DNA of 64,000 bases from Candidatus Melainabacteria bacterium 17Bon1m (GTDB lineage Bacteria; Cyanobacteriota; Vampirovibrionia; Obscuribacterales; Obscuribacteraceae): contig JAVLKG010000003.1 of assembly GCA_032128875.1 (NCBI GenBank), forward strand, positions 321,008-385,007. The letters are read 5' to 3'. The notes beneath the pieces are model-generated. The model ran no database searches and had not been told where the DNA came from. It saw only the letters and a program-made list of their open reading frames with translations. Made by a program: the position numbers and the translations under genes. Of this stretch, positions 59,712 through 64,000 are shown one piece after another. How positions within the stretch are numbered: the stretch's first letter is position 1; every line of letters starts with the position of its first letter.

Positions 59712-59966
59712 ATGGGTTTTCGCAAGTCATTCAGTAGCGGCTATCTCGGTTACGTGAAAGCTACAACGCGTTCCAGTGCAGAGGGTCTACAGTCCTTTGC
59801 TTTGGGTCAAAACAATTCGAATTCGCAAGGCTTTTCGGCAGCTGGTCCATGCTCTTGTGCTTGCACATGCCCTTGCGCATGCGCCAGCTCCTGCTCATGC
59901 GCTTGTACTTGCCCATGTGCCTGCGGCAGTAGTTGCTTTACTCCTCCTGCTCCTACAGATAACTAA
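59712..59966 (+). CDS. RiPP precursor peptide B (84 aa; core 2 x CSCACTCPCAC[AG]SS plus C, then FTPPAPTDN)
   Basis: AGGAG RBS; leader FSSGYLGYV, GP junction and FxPPxP tail shared with A1-A3; directly upstream of the second E1-YcaO-SagB set. Confidence 0.88.
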   Translation: MGFRKSFSSGYLGYVKATTRSSAEGLQSFALGQNNSNSQGFSAAGPCSCACTCPCACASSCSCACTCPCACGSSCFTPPAPTDN

Positions 59967-60033
59967 GCCAGCTGTCTCTATCTTCTAAAGCACCGGGCAT
60001 CGTAAAATGAATCTTGCCCTGTGAGCGTATGTC

Positions 60034-61176
60034 ATGCCAGAGAAGGACAATAAGAAGGCGCTTTCCTTTTTGAAGGAAGGCGGCACTAACTTTCCGAAGC
60101 GGCCAAAACTAGTGGAAGACGTCCTGGTCTTTCACATGCCGGACGGTTTGGGCATGCAATTTCGCGGACTATCCAGCCCTGTTGTATTGCGGGGGGCACT
60201 TGTCGAAGCGCTGCTTCCAAAGCTATTGCCCTTGCTGAATGGAGAGCATGAGATTTCGCAGCTGTTTGAGAAGTGCGGCGCAGAATTTGAGCCCGCTGAT
60301 GTGGCGGCCCTTCTTTTGAGTCTTTTTACCCGTGGGGCAATTGCAGAGGCGGAAGCGGAAAGATATCCCCAGGCTGTTGTTGATAGAAAGACTCTGCTCT
60401 TTCATGGAAGAAGGTTAGGCGTAACTCGCAATAACAATTCTTCTTCGCAAGTCGTGAAGAAGTTATCGCGCGCTCACATTGTGGTAATTGCCGATGGATT
60501 GCTTGGTGCAAGCACCATCGATTTGTTGAGTCGATCCGGTTTTGAGAAGATTTCCGCAGCAGCTCTAAAATCAAGTACAGATGCAGCTGAAATTTTTTGC
60601 GAATTGCAGAGCGAATTCAACGTCGAGTACATCGAAGGAAACGAGAACGGCATCAAGAACTTCTTGCACGGGCGCCAGGAATCAGCCGACCTTGTATTAG
60701 CAGCACTACGCAATGTGCCGCAATCTCTCTTTGTCGCGCTCAATGAAGAATGCGTTCAAGCAAATGTTGAATGGTTGCGCGCTTACGACAATGGCAGTGT
60801 TATAGAGTTGGGTCCTTATGTAAACCCGCACGATACCGCGTGTTTTGAATGCATGCTTGTGCGTGAAATTAGCGCCGGCGAGCATTCTGTAGAGGAAGAG
60901 CTTTATCAGAAATTTCTTGAAGAAGGCAGGTCTACCGATTTTATGTGCGGTGAGTCGATAGCGCTGGCAACTCAGGCTGCTGCATACTTGACCCAGGAAG
61001 CCGTGCGAATAGTCACTGCCATTGAAAAACCTCAGTTGGACGGACGCGTACTTAGCTTTCACTCGGATGGTAACATCGATCAAAATACCTTCACACGCGT
61101 GCCGCGATGCGAAGTGTGCGCACGAGCCGGAGCCTTGGTTTTGCCGGAGAAAGAGCATGCCAGTAAGCTCTCGTGA
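60034..61176 (+). CDS. E1/ThiF-like YcaO partner with RRE-like domain (cassette B)
   Basis: Paralog of 54309-55448 (MPDGLGMQ.RG, LG.TRNN, ADGLLG); LGPYVNPHDTACFEC...RCEVC. Confidence 0.88.
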   Translation: MPEKDNKKALSFLKEGGTNFPKRPKLVEDVLVFHMPDGLGMQFRGLSSPVVLRGALVEALLPKLLPLLNGEHEISQLFEKCGAEFEPADVAALLLSLFTRGAIAEAEAERYPQAVVDRKTLLFHGRRLGVTRNNNSSSQVVKKLSRAHIVVIADGLLGASTIDLLSRSGFEKISAAALKSSTDAAEIFCELQSEFNVEYIEGNENGIKNFLHGRQESADLVLAALRNVPQSLFVALNEECVQANVEWLRAYDNGSVIELGPYVNPHDTACFECMLVREISAGEHSVEEELYQKFLEEGRSTDFMCGESIALATQAAAYLTQEAVRIVTAIEKPQLDGRVLSFHSDGNIDQNTFTRVPRCEVCARAGALVLPEKEHASKLS

Positions 61177-62476
61177 AAAACTGGGAAGCCTTGCTTCGGT
61201 TTTGGATCTGGTCGATGACAGGTTCGGTCCGGTTAAGAGCATCTACGGCATAAAGACGACCGGGAAACAACCGCCATTCTGGGTTTTTCACGCTCAACTG
61301 ACGCGCCCTTTGGGACAGTATTTTGTTGATTATGACTGTGACGCTTGGGGCTCTTCCGTCGACAAGGATGAAGCCTTGTTCAAATGCCTGGGTGAAGTTC
61401 TCGAGCGTTACTGCATGTACAACACCTTTTTAACCGGAGAATTTGCGCAGCTTCCGGCATCTGAATGCCAATTGCTCAGGCAGTTTCCACGTTGTGCTCC
61501 TGACGAGAGATGCGCCGATTCATATAAGGAAATATCGCCAGACTGGACTTTGACGATGGCATCCGTCAAGGAAGTTGCAACAGGTAATGCCCATTGGATT
61601 CCCGCAGGCTACGTAGACTTTTCCTATCAGTCTCCTGAAGGCGAGCCAAGAGTGACACTGTCGCATTCGTCCGGTTCGGCATTCCATGAAAATCTTCACC
61701 GAGCAATATGGGCTGGGCTCTGCGAAGTTGCTGAAAGAGACGCATTTTCGCTTTTTTGGCTGAACCAATATTGCGCCAAAGAGATAACTTTTGATCTGAA
61801 TTTCGGCAGCGATACTGCAGAATTAAATTCCCTGGCAAAGCGACTGAAACTCATTAAAGACTCAGGATTGCGAGTTCGCAGCTTTGATATTACGACTGAT
61901 TTTAGAGTCCCGACGGTTTTTTCAGTCGTTCAGGGCGATGAATTTCCGTTTGCCACTTTTGGTGCCTCTTGCTCTGCAGATCCTGTGAAGGCTGTAATTA
62001 AGTCGATTGATGAAGTCTTTCTGGTGCGCTTAGCACAGCTCAGTGGTGAAAAGGAGGTTCTCGATGCTCCGTCTTATACAGACTTCTCCTGGGTTAATCA
62101 ATTGCGCGATCACTGCGATCTTTACGCTAGGTGGCAAGACACTCCAGCATTCGATTTCTTCATGAAAAAGTCGGAGACCATCTCGCTTTCAGAGTTACGG
62201 CAAATGAGCTGGTGGTCCGAGCCTGACAGTTACGAGCAGCTGCGCGATACATGTGCGATGCTTCAAGAGCGCCTTGGCATGACGGTTTTGTTTATGGACT
62301 GCACGCTTGATGATGTATCAAAATTTGGAGTTGGAATCAAAGTTGTGGTCCCGCAAATGCAGCCGATCAGTGTGCCAGAGTCGCTCAAATGGTTGGCGCA
62401 CTTGCGCCTCGCTCAGCATGCTGAAAGACTATCGCTCAAGTGTGCGAGCAATCCTTACCCGCATCCATTTCCATAG
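61157..62476 (+). CDS. YcaO cyclodehydratase (cassette B)
   Basis: LGEVLERY, SSGSA, GLCEVAERD and C-terminal PYPHPFP; start reassigned to ATG 61157. Confidence 0.92.
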   Translation: MPVSSREKLGSLASVLDLVDDRFGPVKSIYGIKTTGKQPPFWVFHAQLTRPLGQYFVDYDCDAWGSSVDKDEALFKCLGEVLERYCMYNTFLTGEFAQLPASECQLLRQFPRCAPDERCADSYKEISPDWTLTMASVKEVATGNAHWIPAGYVDFSYQSPEGEPRVTLSHSSGSAFHENLHRAIWAGLCEVAERDAFSLFWLNQYCAKEITFDLNFGSDTAELNSLAKRLKLIKDSGLRVRSFDITTDFRVPTVFSVVQGDEFPFATFGASCSADPVKAVIKSIDEVFLVRLAQLSGEKEVLDAPSYTDFSWVNQLRDHCDLYARWQDTPAFDFFMKKSETISLSELRQMSWWSEPDSYEQLRDTCAMLQERLGMTVLFMDCTLDDVSKFGVGIKVVVPQMQPISVPESLKWLAHLRLAQHAERLSLKCASNPYPHPFP

Positions 62477-62484
62477 GTAGACAA

Positions 62485-63267
62485 ATGCGAATTACAGAAA
62501 GGAAAATGGCTGCAGACCTCGCTTGTGACTATCACACAGCGAGCAATAATTCTCCATGGCTGCTGAAGTTGCCTGTGATTCGTCAGGTCAACTACAGCGA
62601 GCACGTTCAAGAATTGATGGATGAAGGTCCGAGGCAAATCGATTCGGTAACAGATGTTCGAACTTTTCAGCAAGTTGCCGAGACATCTGAAATGACTTTG
62701 CTAGAGGCGCTTGCGCGCAGAAAAAGCTCACGGGAATTTTCTAAAGTTGCTCTGGATTTGCAAAAGTTGGGTCAATTACTCGGACTTTCTAATGGGCTGC
62801 GCAACAAAGTAGGCAATGCCAATGACGGAGGGAGAAACGCTCCCAGTGCCGGGAGCCTTTGCTCTTGTGAAATGTATGTGTTGGCGCTGAACGTCGCTGA
62901 TCTTGAAAAAGGTATTTACCACTATGATGTGGGCGCTCATGGATTGAAGAAGATCAAACTCGGCGATTTCAAAGAATGGTCGAAGCGAATGCTTCTTCTG
63001 CAGTCGGAATTGTGCGACTCTGCGGCGTTGATTTTTCTTGCCAGCAATCAAGGACGCTTGCGCAGCAAATATGGTCCTCGCGCATATAGACTGGGTTTAC
63101 TGGATGCAGGGCATGTTTCTGAGAACCTCTATCTGGTGTCAGCTGCGCTCAATCTTTCAGTGACAGCTACGGGTGGTTTTATTGATGATGAGATAAATCA
63201 TTCGCTCGGCTTGGACGGAGTCGATGATTGCGTAGTGCTTGTTCTGGCGGTTGGTGAACCGGGCTGA
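62485..63267 (+). CDS. SagB/ThcOx-type azoline dehydrogenase (cassette B)
   Basis: RRKSSREF, RNAPSAGSL, GIYHYD, KYGPRAYR and DAGHVSENLYL. Confidence 0.92.
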   Translation: MRITERKMAADLACDYHTASNNSPWLLKLPVIRQVNYSEHVQELMDEGPRQIDSVTDVRTFQQVAETSEMTLLEALARRKSSREFSKVALDLQKLGQLLGLSNGLRNKVGNANDGGRNAPSAGSLCSCEMYVLALNVADLEKGIYHYDVGAHGLKKIKLGDFKEWSKRMLLLQSELCDSAALIFLASNQGRLRSKYGPRAYRLGLLDAGHVSENLYLVSAALNLSVTATGGFIDDEINHSLGLDGVDDCVVLVLAVGEPG

Positions 63268-63271
63268 GCAG

Positions 63272-64000
63272 CTAATATGGCGGCTTTCCAAACAGGGCTT
63301 TTATTCTCTCGCTGGTCTGTTTTAGTCCGTGGTGAATTGTATTCTTCGGCCTTAAGCGTTGCCGATTAGTCGCTATCAAATCGGAGAGCTGATTGCGAAA
63401 CGGTAGTCTGTTGCCTATTTTCAGAAGGGTTTCTAATGCCTCGAGATGAACCTCGTCAAGTTCTTCAATATCTTGAAAAACATCTTCAGACAGCGCTTGT
63501 GGAAATGAGCAAGGCGTCGGAAGCTGCAACATGCTGATAAGCATTAGTGTGATCAAGCACTTTCCGCACCGCCCGCAGTTTTGGTCTTTCTTCGGATTTG
63601 AGTAACAGACGCGAATTCGCTCGTAAGCTGTCTGCCATTCGCGCAAATGATAAAGCTTAGAGCCGCGATTCCAAATGGCACCATCATGGAAAATGGAAAA
63701 ATTTCTGCTGGACATTAGATGATCACTTGTCGGATTGCTGCCCCAGAGCGGCGCCAGGTCGTTGTAGCAGTAGGTGCCTGGAATAATTCCTTCGGAAAAG
63801 GTGCGCTTGAAAAATGTCAAACAAGATGCAATTCCGGCTGCATGCGTTTCATTCCAGTCAGGAAAGAGAAGGCGATGATTGGACTGAATTGGATACAGAG
63901 GCACGCCGACAGACTTGAGCGTGTCTTGATTCGTCCTGAACGCTCGTTGGTAAGCCTCTTCATCTTCCAGCGGAATGTCAAAGCCATGCACAAAAAGCGC
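63272..64000 (-). CDS. QueC-like CxxCxKC protein, copy 2 (5' end beyond window)
   Basis: Frame open to 64000 (ALFVHGFDIPL...); collinear with 50879-52105 (WGSNP, FHDGA, NCGRCGKC). Confidence 0.7.
   Translation of the reverse strand, partial: ALFVHGFDIPLEDEEAYQRAFRTNQDTLKSVGVPLYPIQSNHRLLFPDWNETHAAGIASCLTFFKRTFSEGIIPGTYCYNDLAPLWGSNPTSDHLMSSRNFSIFHDGAIWNRGSKLYHLREWQTAYERIRVCYSNPKKDQNCGRCGKCLITLMLISMLQLPTPCSFPQALSEDVFQDIEELDEVHLEALETLLKIGNRLPFRNQLSDLIATNRQRLRPKNTIHHGLKQTSERIKALFGKPPY

Noticed and set aside
59712-59966. Stand-alone metallothionein
   Set aside because: It shares leader, GP and FxPPxP motifs with three other peptides and sits directly before E1-YcaO-SagB, so a RiPP precursor is the better reading. 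Metal binding by the product is not excluded.
52206-63267. Thiopeptide, thioamitide or cyanobactin assignment for the RiPP cassettes
   Set aside because: No split LanB dehydratase or pyridine synthase, no TfuA and no PatA/PatG proteases in the window; the E1+YcaO+SagB set indicates azole formation.

Overview
Bacterial chromosomal window of roughly 50% GC. The gene style (TPR and retropepsin proteins, PAS histidine kinase, Uma2, fasciclin) is compatible with a non-photosynthetic cyanobacterial relative (Vampirovibrionia/Melainabacteria), but this is inference only. Bases 1-50,700 are mostly housekeeping: CCA-adding enzyme (partial), tRNA-Ser(CGA), ychF, cysS-gltX, a two-component system, rlpA, yebC, a tandem TPR pair, murD-ftsW-murG, gcvT/gcvH, mscS, khpA-rpsP-ffh and an HD hydrolase, with scattered GTAG-type REP-like palindromes. 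The main signal is 50,879-64,000, a mirror-symmetric island holding two paralogous, divergently oriented azole-RiPP cassettes (precursor(s), E1/ThiF-like partner, YcaO, SagB-type dehydrogenase). The left cassette has three tandem precursors with core GPCACD[GN]C. The right cassette has one precursor with a duplicated (Cys-X)n core (13 Cys). All four peptides share a leader motif Fxx[DG]YxxY[LV], a GP before the first Cys, and a C-terminal FxPPxP motif. Between the cassettes sit an HTTM (vitamin-K-dependent carboxylase-like) membrane protein and two paralogous GT2 glycosyltransferases. Each end is flanked by a paralogous QueC-like (PP-loop/CxxCxKC) gene pointing inward. I do not recognise this as a described RiPP family; novelty needs a database search. 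The island may extend past the right edge of the window.
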